A DNA stretch of 63,158 bases, the filler included. It is 4 parts of 4 records of this genome, joined end to end, with 100 filler letters (N's around TTAATTAATTAA, not from the genome) between each part and the next. Parts side by side here need not be neighbours in the genome. Positions count along the whole stretch, not along the records: positions 1 to 9,864 come from DRR378314_42; 3 more parts are not named here. The stretch is one strand, 5' to 3'. A model generated the notes under the pieces. That model was not told the origin of the DNA and made no database searches. It saw only the letters and a program-made list of their open reading frames with translations. Below, in pieces: positions 1 to 9,964 of this stretch; position 1 is the first letter of the stretch, and the number at the start of each line of letters is the position of its first letter. The translations under genes and the position numbers were made by a program.

Positions 1-971
1 GGGCCAACCACCATAATCGCTAACGGCCAAGGGGTGAACAACCAAGCTGTCTCCAGTGGCGAGAATCCCATCTGCTCCTGATAAAAAAACGACAGCGCAA
101 CAAACGTTAGCCCCTGACCGATAAAGGCCAACCCTGACGCTGAAACAGCCAGCGTAAAGCGTTTTTCAGCAAATATACTCAGCGGTAACAGCGGATAAGG
201 TGCGTAGCGCTGGCGTCGAATAAACAGCCCACAAGCCAGCACCGCTATCACCGCCCAGCCACCGCTTTGCCATAGCGGTGCAGCATGGCCAACTGCATCC
301 ATTGCGAGAAAGAAGCTGGCTAGCATCAGCATCGACAGCAGTGCACCCAGCACATCAAAGCTGCCCCGGCGTGGCTTATCTCGCGGCAACGCACGACTAG
401 CCAGCCATAGCGAACACACACCAAGCGGAACATTAAGCGCAAACAACCAGGGCCAGTCGACAAACGAGAGGATGACGCCGCTCAACGTTGGGCCGGCTGC
501 ATAGCCACCGGCCACCACTAACGCGCTAAGCCCTAAAGCGCTACCCAATAGACGTGACGGAAAAATTGCCCGATACAGCGACGGACCGATGGACAGCGTG
601 GCCGCGGCCCCTAACCCCTGCAAGGCGCGAAATATCAGTAGCGTTTCTAGATTACGCGACAGCGCCGCCCCTAACGCCGCGAAAACGAAGGTGGCCAAAC
701 CAAATAAATAGAGCCGCCTGCGGGTGATCAGCTCACTTATGCCGGCGAACACTAATAAGAACGCCGCGCAGACCACTTGGAATAAATTGGTGATCCATAC
801 CGCTCTGGAGGCAGGCACATTAAGATCTGCGGCAATCGTTGGGAGTGCCAAATTAATCATGGTGGTGTCGACCACCGCCATTAGCGTCCCGGTGACGAGT
901 GCCAGTACGGCAAGCGCACGCGCGGGCCCTGGCAAACCATCGTCACCCGCCCGAGTTTCAAACAATCGCAT
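1..971 (-). CDS. DHA2/EmrB-QacA family MFS transporter (3' end runs off the window)
   Basis: Hand translation from the ATG at 971 gives MRLFETRAGDDGLPGPARALAVLALVTGTLMAVVDTTMINLALPTIAADL...LLIFRALQGLGAA. This includes DHA2 motif D1 (DxTxxNxALP) and the RxxQG motif. Missing from the ORF track because it has no stop in the window. Confidence 0.88.
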   Translation of the reverse strand, partial: MRLFETRAGDDGLPGPARALAVLALVTGTLMAVVDTTMINLALPTIAADLNVPASRAVWITNLFQVVCAAFLLVFAGISELITRRRLYLFGLATFVFAALGAALSRNLETLLIFRALQGLGAAATLSIGPSLYRAIFPSRLLGSALGLSALVVAGGYAAGPTLSGVILSFVDWPWLFALNVPLGVCSLWLASRALPRDKPRRGSFDVLGALLSMLMLASFFLAMDAVGHAAPLWQSGGWAVIAVLACGLFIRRQRYAPYPLLPLSIFAEKRFTLAVSASGLAFIGQGLTFVALSFFYQEQMGFSPLETAWLFTPWPLAIMVVG

Positions 972-998
972 GGTGGTTCGTTCCTAAACTGCACCATT

Positions 999-1027
999 AA
1001 AAACAATAAAACCGGCCTGGGCCGGTT
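999..1027 (-). terminator. Intrinsic terminator downstream of the 1060-1446 gene
   Basis: AACCGGCC-TG-GGCCGGTT hairpin (1010-1027) followed by a T-rich tract on the minus strand. Confidence 0.6.
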
Positions 1028-1059
1028 CCACAATACGCTTACATTAAGACGGCAATGCG

Positions 1060-1446
1060 CTAGTCTTGCTCATTGTCGAGCAGAAGAGCGTCATCAACCT
1101 CTGAAATTTCGAGGGCGGTTTCGTCGTCAAGGTCAATCGCAAGGTAGCTATGCTCAATGCGTAAAAAGTCTTGAAACAGTGACCAGTCAAGCTTTTCTGG
1201 CCATTGGCGCTCATCCTCTTCCCAAGCACGCAGCTCGGTCTCTAGGATCTCTACATAGCGCTCGCGAACAAACGTTTCCAGCGCTTCAGGGGTATCCATC
1301 TCTGGGATAAGGTATACCGTACTTTCACGTTCGACGTCGTCCAGGGTCAGGTCGTCGTCTCCCATGGTGGGTTCGAGCGCATTGATCCAGTCCACGAAGG
1401 TCTGGGTCGGCCTGACGCTCAGGGCAGAGCGATTTAGCAGTTTCAT
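1060..1446 (-). CDS. Conserved acidic hypothetical protein
   Basis: 128-aa ORF with an AGGAG RBS. The NRSAxxVRPxQxFVDWIN...TVYLIPE...ELxAWxxDxxxWP pattern is typical of a widespread uncharacterised proteobacterial family. Confidence 0.75.
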   Translation of the reverse strand: MKLLNRSALSVRPTQTFVDWINALEPTMGDDDLTLDDVERESTVYLIPEMDTPEALETFVRERYVEILETELRAWEEDERQWPEKLDWSLFQDFLRIEHSYLAIDLDDETALEISEVDDALLLDNEQD

Positions 1447-1639
1447 GGGATTCTCCTCGCCGTCGAAACGTTGATCATTATGGGTGCTAACGGATTAGTT
1501 TGCCATCGGTGCAGACGCAATATCGATTGATTCGGTAAAATGCTGAAGAATTTTTAGCTAACAACACCGTTACTCACCGGCACGGCTGTTACAGTCCTAT
1601 GTACAGCCCTATGCCGGATAGACCATTAGGATACGCTCA

Positions 1640-2047
1640 ATGAATACACAGACACGACTTGAAGCGATTAAGCACAGCGTCGAACAGAACGAGCTGACTT
1701 GGCCTAACGCTGACATCACTCTCGACCAAGACAACGATTCACTGGTGTTTACGCTCAAGGACTACGGCGACTTACCTGTTACCCTGACGCATTGCGAGCA
1801 AGAGTGGTTGGTGATGACCGAAGTGGCTCCCACCAGCGCGGTTGAGAATATCCATACCTTCAACGATGCTTTGTTACGCTTAGGCATGACCCTACCGCTA
1901 GTCAGTGTTGGCATCCACACCCTGGGTGACGAAGATTACTATGTGGTCTATGGCCAACTGTTTGCAGATTGCAAACTTGAGGCCATCAGTGCTGAAGTCG
2001 AAGCTTGCGCTCAGGCTGCACTGGAAATTGCCGATTTAATCGGTTGA
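1640..2047 (+). CDS. yjfI: YjfI family protein (DUF2170, CesT/T3SS-chaperone-like fold)
   Basis: DYGDLPV...FNDALLR...LPLVSVGI...YYVVYGQL motifs. First gene of the yjfIJ..C-type operon. Confidence 0.8.
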   Translation: MNTQTRLEAIKHSVEQNELTWPNADITLDQDNDSLVFTLKDYGDLPVTLTHCEQEWLVMTEVAPTSAVENIHTFNDALLRLGMTLPLVSVGIHTLGDEDYYVVYGQLFADCKLEAISAEVEACAQAALEIADLIG

Positions 2048-2168
2048 TTTAAATACTCACGAGTTTACGTGATCCAGGCACCAGCCAAGTATCGCCTGTT
2101 GTTAAGTATCACCCTGTTGTTCGTCCCGCGCGCAAGCGTCGGATTGGTTCGACTTAAGGAGTTACCCG

Positions 2169-2864
2169 ATGTTACTACGCAAAATGTTTACCGCCCTGCG
2201 CGGCAAAGCCACTGAAACCGGCGAAGCGATTGTCGATAGTCAGGGGATTCGTATCATGGAGCAGGAACTGCGTGACGCTAAAACAGCAATGAACCGGGCC
2301 AATGAAGAACTGACGACCATCATGGCCAGGCGTAACCTTGCCGCCAAGGAAGTGGATACGCTGTCGGATAAAATGGCCGAGTATGAAAAAAGCGCCATGG
2401 CCGCGCTTGAAAAAGGCGAGCAGAGCTTAGCTGAAGAAGTCGCTGGGGAAATTGCCCGCCTGGAAAGCGAGCGCGAAATCGCTCAGGCCAATGTCACCCA
2501 ATACGATGGCACTATCGAAGCACTAAAGTCGACCATCGCTAAATCGAAAAGTGAAATTCGCCGCGTTGAGCAGCAGATGTCCCACGTCAAGGCCACTGAA
2601 GCCGCGCAAAAAGCACAGGCTGCTGTTGCGTCTCAACACGCTGGACAAAACGCTAGCATGAACAGTGCCGTTGCCTCTCTTGAACGCATTAAAGAGCGCC
2701 AAGCCCTCCAGGCTGAAAAGCTTAAGATCGGTGAATCAATGCAAGCACAAGACTCCGGCGCTGACTTGGAAGCACGCCTTTCCCAGGCGGGTATCGGTAA
2801 ACAGCAAACATCAGGAAGCGATGTTCTGGCTCGCCTAAAAGCCAAGCAAAATGCTGGCAACTGA
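2169..2864 (+). CDS. yjfJ: PspA/IM30 (Vipp1/ESCRT-III-like) family protein, YjfJ type
   Basis: Coiled-coil 231-aa protein with amphipathic N-terminus MLLRKMFTALRG, then IMEQELRDA, AMAALEKG, SLERIKERQ and C-terminal VLARLKAK. Confidence 0.92.
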   Translation: MLLRKMFTALRGKATETGEAIVDSQGIRIMEQELRDAKTAMNRANEELTTIMARRNLAAKEVDTLSDKMAEYEKSAMAALEKGEQSLAEEVAGEIARLESEREIAQANVTQYDGTIEALKSTIAKSKSEIRRVEQQMSHVKATEAAQKAQAAVASQHAGQNASMNSAVASLERIKERQALQAEKLKIGESMQAQDSGADLEARLSQAGIGKQQTSGSDVLARLKAKQNAGN

Positions 2865-2909
2865 GTGCCAAGTTAATACCACCGTCTGAACGCAAGGAAG
2901 ACTGACGCC

Positions 2910-3956
2910 ATGCCAGTGCTACAACGGCTACTGAAAGTTCTTAAAGCCTCTACGATTAACGTCAGCTGGACATTCTTGCTGTTGCTGGCGCTGGCACATA
3001 TGGCAACCTCATGGATGTTAATGGGGCTCTCCGGCGAAGAGGTTGCCAACTCACTACCGTTGTGGCTGTATTTTTACGTCGTTACAGCCTCCACGGTGGG
3101 CTATGGGGACTTCTCACCAAGCTCAACCGCGGGGCAGTTGATCGCTGTGTTTTACCTGATCCCGGGCGGTATTTCGCTATTTGCGGCCCTGATTGGCAAG
3201 GCAACCGTCACGGTAGGCAACTTTTGGAGGCAGCAAATGCAAGGAAAAGGCGATTACAGCGATCTTACCGGTCACACGGTAGTGCTGGGCTGGCATGGAG
3301 AAACCACTGAAAAAATTATTGATATTCTCAAAACTGATCGGCAGCTCCCCGATGAAATCGTGCTATGCGTCACCAAAGATATCAACAACCCTCGTCCAGG
3401 CGACCTAAAATTCGTCAAGGGCGATAGCTTCGCCAACATCGAGCTTCTCAAGCGCGCCGGTGTTGAAAGCGCCAGCCGTATTATTATCTATGATGGCAGC
3501 GATGAACGCGTGGCTACCGTAGCGCTTTCCGCTTACAGCCTGAAATCCCCTGGCTGCCATATCGTTGCCCACTGCGAAAACCCTAATACCGCCGCGATGC
3601 TGCGCCGAACATTGCCGGGCATCGAATGCACCGAGGCCCTGGCACTGGAAATGCTCGTGCGTTCAGCCACCGATGCAGGCATTAGTCGCGTCGTGAATGA
3701 GCTGCTCGCCGTCAATCATGGTGCCACTCAATATCAAACGCGGCTGCAAGATATTCCTAAAGGCAGCACATTTGGCCAATTATTCGCCCTAGCCAAGGAA
3801 GCGCATAATGCCACCCTGCTTGGCGTCACTTCCGTTAGTGGCGAGGCGAATATGCTCAATCCGCCCTCCACCCGTGAGCTAAGCGACGGTGATGTGCTGT
3901 ATTACATGGCCTATGAGCGTCTGACGTCGGCACATTTTTCATCGCTGCTGGCATGA
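2910..3956 (+). CDS. Two-TM potassium channel with RCK/TrkA-N domain
   Basis: K+ selectivity filter TVGYGD flanked by two TM helices, followed by the Rossmann-like RCK domain (HTVVLGW, FVKGD, LKRAGV). Confidence 0.9.
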   Translation: MPVLQRLLKVLKASTINVSWTFLLLLALAHMATSWMLMGLSGEEVANSLPLWLYFYVVTASTVGYGDFSPSSTAGQLIAVFYLIPGGISLFAALIGKATVTVGNFWRQQMQGKGDYSDLTGHTVVLGWHGETTEKIIDILKTDRQLPDEIVLCVTKDINNPRPGDLKFVKGDSFANIELLKRAGVESASRIIIYDGSDERVATVALSAYSLKSPGCHIVAHCENPNTAAMLRRTLPGIECTEALALEMLVRSATDAGISRVVNELLAVNHGATQYQTRLQDIPKGSTFGQLFALAKEAHNATLLGVTSVSGEANMLNPPSTRELSDGDVLYYMAYERLTSAHFSSLLA

Positions 3957-3986
3957 CATCCCACCGTTTCATGGAGGTTCATCACC

Positions 3987-4730
3987 ATGCTTGGTTCACT
4001 TAAATCACTGTTTCGTGCCAACAGTAAAGGCGTGCAGCAAAAGCATGCCAGCGAAACTGCCCAGCGCTCTAGCGGACTACCCGTCGGCATGACCCCAGAC
4101 GACTTCAACGGTCTTCGACTTGGCGGTATGGTGTCGCTCAATATGCTGTCGCTGAAAGCGTTCGACAGCCTGAATTTTGATGCCAGCTGGAGTGGCGCTG
4201 CGCAGGAAATAGCCGCGATTGGCGTCGTCGAACTCGGCCAGGGCGAACAGCTCGCGCGCTTTTATCTGGAAAATGACACCTGGATCCAAGCCTCCATTGC
4301 TAACGGCAAGGTGTTTGAATACAAACTGTTCGATTTCCTGTCGTCACAACATGTTTCTAATCTTGAATTTGATGGCCTGATCAATCAACCGGATAGCCAG
4401 ACACCCGCTCATCCACTCGGCCAGAGCAGCTTTACGCTGGAAGCAGGCGACGACATTCCAGACGATCTTAAACGCTATCAACGCGTATGGGGCGCTGAAA
4501 GCAGCGCATGGTCAGCCCCGGTAGTGCTTGAGGAAACGGTGACTCGCGCTAATGGCAGCGGAATTTCCAAAGTCACGCACCACTGCATGCTCTATGAGCG
4601 CCAAGATCAGGCCTCAGAGCGCTTTGAATATATCCTACTCAGTGCTGAAGCCGATGAACTGGAAGGCAGTTATCAATTAGTCACCAGCCTGGGCATCGAT
4701 ATCAGCGCAGTGATTATCGAAGCGCATTGA
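3987..4730 (+). CDS. yjfK: YjfK family protein (DUF2491)
   Basis: GLRLGG...IAAIGVVELG..LARFYL...YQRVW...CMLYERQ..EYILLSAE pattern and position in the operon. Confidence 0.78.
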   Translation: MLGSLKSLFRANSKGVQQKHASETAQRSSGLPVGMTPDDFNGLRLGGMVSLNMLSLKAFDSLNFDASWSGAAQEIAAIGVVELGQGEQLARFYLENDTWIQASIANGKVFEYKLFDFLSSQHVSNLEFDGLINQPDSQTPAHPLGQSSFTLEAGDDIPDDLKRYQRVWGAESSAWSAPVVLEETVTRANGSGISKVTHHCMLYERQDQASERFEYILLSAEADELEGSYQLVTSLGIDISAVIIEAH

Positions 4731-4830
4731 TGGCCACCGTTAAGACGCTCTGATCACCATTCACGACTTATGCTCACCACACGGCTTACGATTCACCACT
4801 CACGATTGACGACTAAAAAAGGAAACGATA

Positions 4831-5253
4831 ATGGGCAATATCGGTATGTACTTGGCAGGCCTGCCAGCGTTTTTCGCCTACCTGATCACCGCCGCCATCC
4901 TGCTGGTCGCGTTCATGGTCGCGTACAGCAAGATTACCCCGCATCATGAATGGAAGCTGATCCAGGAAGGTAACACCGCAGCGGCAACCGCTTTTGGCGG
5001 CGCTACCTTAGGCTTTACCATACCGCTCTATAGCGCTATGGCGAACAGCGTGAGTTTCATTGATTTTATCGCCTGGGGCATTATCGCCTTTATCGTGCAG
5101 ATCGTTACCTTCTTTGCCATCAAGCTGGTGTTGAAAAGCAAAGGACAGAGCCTTTCCGGACATATTACCGATGGCCACGTCGCATACGGCATTTTCGCGG
5201 CAACTATCGCTATCGCGGTTGGCCTGCTCAACGCCGCGTCCATGATCTGGTAA
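4831..5253 (+). CDS. yjfL: DUF350 four-TM membrane protein (YjfL)
   Basis: YSKITPHHEWKLIQEGNTAAA, FIAWG and GLLNAASM motifs, with four hydrophobic segments. Confidence 0.88.
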   Translation: MGNIGMYLAGLPAFFAYLITAAILLVAFMVAYSKITPHHEWKLIQEGNTAAATAFGGATLGFTIPLYSAMANSVSFIDFIAWGIIAFIVQIVTFFAIKLVLKSKGQSLSGHITDGHVAYGIFAATIAIAVGLLNAASMIW

Positions 5254-5265
5254 GGGGAGACTTTC

Positions 5266-5871
5266 ATGCAATCATCTAACCAGCCACCGCGCCGCAAGCG
5301 CAGTTCTCGGCTAACCCTGGCCTTGATGGGCGCGGCCGGTACAGCCGCGTTAGCCGGCTGTGGGCAGTCATCTCCGCCGCAGGACACTTTATCGGATATC
5401 AACTTCTCCGAACCTAAGGCCTACCAGAACATAGACGAGTGCGTAGCAGACGAGCTTTACACGCGTACCGCCTGTGAAGCGGCGTTTACGGCAGCCGTTG
5501 AAGCGGTTCCGCGCTTTGACTCCTTAGAAGCTTGCGAACAGGTACATGGCGAAGGTGCCTGTGAGCCCCCTCCCCAATCAGCTCAACAGGGGCAAGGTGG
5601 CAGTTGGTTTGGTCCCGCACTGATGGGCTATATGGTTGGCAACATGATGGCCAACCGCAATGGCGCGCGGGTACAAAGCCTGTATCAAGAGCCGGTCTAC
5701 CGTACTCGCCAGAATCGCGGCGACTGGAACGCTGCGTCGTCTTCGGCTTCTTCACGGGTGGACCAACGTAACAAGGCCTTTCGCTCATCGGTTATGCAGT
5801 CCAACCAACGGGCAACTCAACGCTCTGGATTCGGTTCGCGCTCCAGCGCACGGGGTGGATTTGGCTCCTAA
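5266..5871 (+). CDS. yjfM: DUF1190 lipoprotein (YjfM/YgiB family)
   Basis: Basic N-terminus, lipobox LAGC, paired Cys motifs (DEC...AC, ACEQVHGEGAC), FGPALMGYMVG and a Gly/Arg/Ser-rich tail RSGFG. Confidence 0.87.
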   Translation: MQSSNQPPRRKRSSRLTLALMGAAGTAALAGCGQSSPPQDTLSDINFSEPKAYQNIDECVADELYTRTACEAAFTAAVEAVPRFDSLEACEQVHGEGACEPPPQSAQQGQGGSWFGPALMGYMVGNMMANRNGARVQSLYQEPVYRTRQNRGDWNAASSSASSRVDQRNKAFRSSVMQSNQRATQRSGFGSRSSARGGFGS

Positions 5872-5933
5872 GCTAAGCGCCGTTCGGTTACTATCTTTCG
5901 ACGCACTCACCTGCGCCAGCAAGGAGCCGTTTT

Positions 5934-7121
5934 ATGTTGCGCGTTGCCATTACTGAACGCCCTCAATGGCGCGAACTGGCGCACCAGCTAGGGTTTCACT
6001 TCCATACTATTGAAGGGGAGCCCTACTGGACCGAGGATGCCTATTACCAGTTCACGTTGGCCCAGATCGAACAGGACATTGAAGACCCCACCGAGGCGCT
6101 ACACGAGATGTGTATGGATGCCGTTGACCGGGTCTGCCGGTCTGATGCCCTGCTTCACCAGTTAAATATCCCTGAACAGATGTGGGGCGTTATCCGTGCC
6201 TCCTGGCGTAATGGCCAGCCCCACCTCTATGGGCGGATGGATTTTGCCTATAGCGGTAACGGGCCTGCCAAACTGCTAGAGCTTAACTACGATACCCCCA
6301 CCAGCATTTACGAGGCGGGCTTCTTTCAGTGGCTATGGCTTGAACAGGTGATCGAACAGCGCCTGCTGCCTGCCCACGCCGACCAATTCAATTCGATCCA
6401 GGAACGCATGATTGCTGCCCTCGCCCATATCGGGCAGCGCCTTGAACGCAACGGCTCAGCCTCTCCGGCACTGCACTTCGCCTCCATCAAAGCCCATGAA
6501 GAAGATCGTGCTACGGTTGCTTACCTGCAGGACTGTGCCCTACAGGCAGGGCTGAATGCTCCCTTTATCCATATCGAAGATATCGGCTATCAACCCAACA
6601 CCGACCACGGCTGTTTTGTTGATCTGGAAAACCGGCCCATCCGTGCACTGTTTAAGCTCTACCCCTGGGAAGAAATGAGCGATGACCTTTTCGGTGAGCT
6701 GCTGCCCATGATGCAGACCCACTGGTTCGAGCCGCCGTGGAAAGCCATTCTCAGCAATAAGGGCATCCTGCCGTTGTTATGGCAGTGGCATGAAGGTCAC
6801 CCCAACCTGTTACCGGCGTATTTTGACACTAGTGATGGCACGTCGCTGACACCTGGCTGGGTGCGCAAACCGTTTTTCTCTCGGGAAGGTAGCAATATTG
6901 AGCTGATGACCACGAGTGGCCAGTACGAAGCCGTTGATGGCCCCTATACCGACAACCCGCGTATTTTGCAGGCCTACCACCCACTGCCGCGCTTTGGCGA
7001 GCGGCATGCCCTGATCGGCAGTTGGGTAGTCGGTGACAAGGCGTGCGGCATTGGCATTCGTGAAGACGTTGGCAAAATCACCAAGGACTCCAGCTGCTTC
7101 GTACCCCACGCTATTGTCTAG
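5934..7121 (+). CDS. yjfC: Glutathionylspermidine-synthase-family ATP-grasp ligase (YjfC/YgiC)
   Basis: LYGRMDF, KLLELNYDTPT, FKLYPWE, EPPWKAILSNKGILPLLW, KPFFSREG, IGSW and GIRED motifs. No CHAP amidase domain. Confidence 0.92.
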   Translation: MLRVAITERPQWRELAHQLGFHFHTIEGEPYWTEDAYYQFTLAQIEQDIEDPTEALHEMCMDAVDRVCRSDALLHQLNIPEQMWGVIRASWRNGQPHLYGRMDFAYSGNGPAKLLELNYDTPTSIYEAGFFQWLWLEQVIEQRLLPAHADQFNSIQERMIAALAHIGQRLERNGSASPALHFASIKAHEEDRATVAYLQDCALQAGLNAPFIHIEDIGYQPNTDHGCFVDLENRPIRALFKLYPWEEMSDDLFGELLPMMQTHWFEPPWKAILSNKGILPLLWQWHEGHPNLLPAYFDTSDGTSLTPGWVRKPFFSREGSNIELMTTSGQYEAVDGPYTDNPRILQAYHPLPRFGERHALIGSWVVGDKACGIGIREDVGKITKDSSCFVPHAIV

Positions 7122-7133
7122 AGCTTGTCAGCG

Positions 7134-8648
7134 TTACTCGCTGGCTTCGGGGCGCATCGCTGGGAACAGCAGTACGTCCCGAATAGAGGGGCTATCGGTA
7201 AACAGCATCACTAAACGGTCAATGCCAATTCCCTCACCCGCCGTTGGCGGCAAGCCATACTCCAACGCGCGCACGTAGTCAGCGTCAAAATACATCGCCT
7301 CCAGGTCACCGGCATCTTTCTCGGCGGCCTGTTCGCGGAAGCGTTCAGCCTGATCTTCGGCGTCATTAAGCTCCGAGAAGCCGTTGGCAATTTCTCGGCC
7401 ACCGACAAAGAACTCAAAACGGTCGGTAACGAAAGGATTAGCATCGTTACGACGCGCCAGCGGGCTAACTTCTGCGGGGTATTCAGTAATAAATGTCGGC
7501 TGGTCCAGCTTGTGCTCAGCCACCTCTTCGAAGATCTCGGTCTGAACTTTACCCAGCCCCCAGCTCTCCTTCACTTTAATGCCCAGCTTTTCTGCAACCG
7601 CCTGTGCGGCTTCCAGCGTATCCAAATCCGCATCGGTGATGCCATCGCCATGATCAAGAATCGATTGGCGTAGCGTTAGGCGTTGAAACGGCTTCCCGAA
7701 GTCGTAGCTAGCGCCTTGGTACTCGATCGTCGTGGTGCCCAGCACTTCTTGGGCCGCCGTGCGCAGCATGGCTTCGGTCATATCGAGCAGGTCACGATAA
7801 TCCGCGTAGGCCCAATAGAATTCGACCATGGTGAACTCAGGATTATGTCGTGTAGATAACCCTTCGTTACGGAAATTACGGTTGATTTCAAAAACCTTCT
7901 CGAAACCACCCACCACCAGACGCTTGAGGTAAAGCTCCGGTGCAATACGCAGGTACATATCAATATCCAGCGCATTGTGGTGAGTAATAAACGGCCGCGC
8001 TGCCGCACCGCCGGGGATCGGCTGCAGCATCGGCGTTTCAACTTCCATAAAGCCGCGAGCTTCAAAGAAGCGGCGCATGGAGCTGATTACCGCCGCGCGA
8101 GTTTCAAATACCTTACGCGACTGCGGGTTCATGATCAGGTCTACGTAGCGCTGGCGATAACGCGCTTCCTGATCGGTCAGGCCGTGGAACTTATCCGGCA
8201 GTGGACGCAGGCTCTTGGTCAACAGCTGCGCTTCTACCATCATCACGTACAGGTCGCCCTTACCCGATTTGTGTACTGGGCCACGGGCAGCGACGATATC
8301 ACCGATATCCCACCCTTTGATGTCCTCAAGCACATCAGCAGGTAAGCCCTTTTTATCCACGTAGAGCTGGATTTGGCCAGCCACGTCTTGAATCACGATA
8401 AACGGGCCACGCTTACGCATGACGCGACCAGCCACCGACGCTTGATGATCAAGCGTTTCAAGCTCCGCTTTATCCTTTTCGCCCAGCAGGTCGTGTAGCT
8501 CAACCGTGAGGCTGTCACGGCGAAAATCGTTCGGGAAAGCGCTCTTACCTTGCTCAGCGGCGCGCTCACGGCGAGCCGCGAGCTTGGCACGGCGCTCAGC
8601 GATTAGGTGGTTTTCTTTATCGAGAGAAGACGCGTCTTGGTTAGCCAT
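7134..8648 (-). CDS. lysS: Lysine--tRNA ligase (class II)
   Basis: [34 protein letters not shown] and GEGIGIDRL. Directly downstream of prfB. Confidence 0.98.
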   Translation of the reverse strand: MANQDASSLDKENHLIAERRAKLAARRERAAEQGKSAFPNDFRRDSLTVELHDLLGEKDKAELETLDHQASVAGRVMRKRGPFIVIQDVAGQIQLYVDKKGLPADVLEDIKGWDIGDIVAARGPVHKSGKGDLYVMMVEAQLLTKSLRPLPDKFHGLTDQEARYRQRYVDLIMNPQSRKVFETRAAVISSMRRFFEARGFMEVETPMLQPIPGGAAARPFITHHNALDIDMYLRIAPELYLKRLVVGGFEKVFEINRNFRNEGLSTRHNPEFTMVEFYWAYADYRDLLDMTEAMLRTAAQEVLGTTTIEYQGASYDFGKPFQRLTLRQSILDHGDGITDADLDTLEAAQAVAEKLGIKVKESWGLGKVQTEIFEEVAEHKLDQPTFITEYPAEVSPLARRNDANPFVTDRFEFFVGGREIANGFSELNDAEDQAERFREQAAEKDAGDLEAMYFDADYVRALEYGLPPTAGEGIGIDRLVMLFTDSPSIRDVLLFPAMRPEASE

Positions 8649-8683
8649 CGGGCACCCTGTTCAATGTTCAAACGCTAAAAAAA

Positions 8684-9782
8684 TTACAAACCCTGCTTTA
8701 GGCTAGCGACGATAAACTGGTCTAAATCGCCGTCGAGCACTTTGTCGCAGTTACTAGACTGAACGCCAGTGCGCAGGTCTTTGATGCGCTGATCGTCCAG
8801 TACATATGAGCGAATTTGGCTACCCCAGCCGATATCGGCTTTAGAGTCTTCCGCCTCCTGCTTGGCCGCATTGCGCTTTTGCATTTCGTGTTCCCACAAC
8901 TTGGCCTTCAACTGCTTCATGGCGAAGTCGCGGTTGGCGTGCTGGCTGCGCTGATTCTGGCATGCCACCACAATACCGCTGGGCTCGTGGGTAATCCTCA
9001 CCGCTGAGTCGGTGGTATTAACGTGCTGACCACCTGCACCGCTGGAGCGGTAGGTGTCTACTCGCAGATCAGAGGGGTTAATCTCAACCTCAAAGCTGTC
9101 GTCAATTTCCGGCGACAGAAACACCGATGCAAACGACGTATGACGACGGCCGCCGGAATCAAACGGGCTTTTACGTACTAAACGGTGAACACCTGTTTCG
9201 GTGCGCAACCATCCGAAGGCGTAGTCACCTTGAATATGCAGCGACGCCGATTTAATGCCTGCTACTTCGCCAGCAGAAATTTCGATAATCTCTGCTTTGA
9301 AACCGTGGCTCTCTGCCCAGCGTAAGTACATACGCAGCAGGATATTCGCCCAGTCTTGAGCTTCGGTACCGCCCGACCCCGACTGAATATCCAGATAAGC
9401 GTTGTTCTCATCCATTTCACCGGAAAACATGCGACGAAACTCAAGCTTCTCCAGTGCCACTTGCAGACCATCGAGCTCTTTGCGCACCTCATCAACGGTG
9501 CCTTCATCCTCTTCCATCTCAGCGAGTTCAAGCAGGTCACGGCTGTCAGCCAGGCCCTGATCAAGCTCATCGATGGTGGCGACAATCGCTTCAAGCGAGG
9601 CGCGCTCTTTACCCAGTTTCTGGGCATAGTCTGGATCATTCCAGACATTAGGGTCTTCAAGTTCGCGGGAGACTTCTTCTAGCCGATCTTTGCGTTCGGC
9701 ATAGTCAAAGATACCCCCTAAGAACGTCTGTCCGCTCAGACAGGTCCTTGATCTGGTTATGAATCGGGTTAGTTTCCAACAT
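8684..9782 (-). CDS. prfB: Peptide chain release factor 2, programmed +1 frameshift; join(9782..9708, 9706..8684)
   Basis: ATG at 9782 ([25 protein letters not shown]), then CTT TGA C at 9710-9704 preceded by the internal SD AGGGGG. The +1 frame continues [12 protein letters not shown]... and contains SPF and GGQ. Confidence 0.97.
9704..9719 (-). promoter_or_regulatory. RF2 autoregulatory +1 frameshift site (AGGGGG-TAT-CTT-TGA-C)
   Basis: Exact canonical slippery sequence with the internal Shine-Dalgarno 3 nt upstream. Confidence 0.97.
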
Positions 9783-9864
9783 GGATCGCCTAGCCTTGGT
9801 CAGTATCGCACGGTTCAAAAGAGACAGGCGCCGCTGGGGCAGCTAAGCGCCTAGGCTTACAAAT

Positions 9865-9964
9865 NNNNNNNNNNNNNNNNNNNNNNNNNNNNNNNNNNNN
9901 NNNNNNNNTTAATTAATTAANNNNNNNNNNNNNNNNNNNNNNNNNNNNNNNNNNNNNNNNNNNN
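9865..9964. other. Artificial contig spacer (N-run + TTAATTAATTAA + N-run)
   Basis: 100 nt with a six-frame-stop linker at 9909-9920. Confidence 0.99.

Noticed and set aside
1577-1593. Possible sigma-54 promoter (CCGGCACGGCTGTTACA) upstream of the pspA-like operon
   Set aside because: The -24 GGCAC is good but the -12 element reads TTAC instead of TTGC, and no enhancer-binding protein gene is nearby. Too weak to call.
8684-9517. prfB as a 277-aa or pseudogenised ORF
   Set aside because: Explained by the programmed +1 frameshift. The gene is intact.
9909-9920. TTAATTAATTAA palindrome recurring three times
   Set aside because: Synthetic six-frame-stop linker inside N-runs, not a biological repeat.
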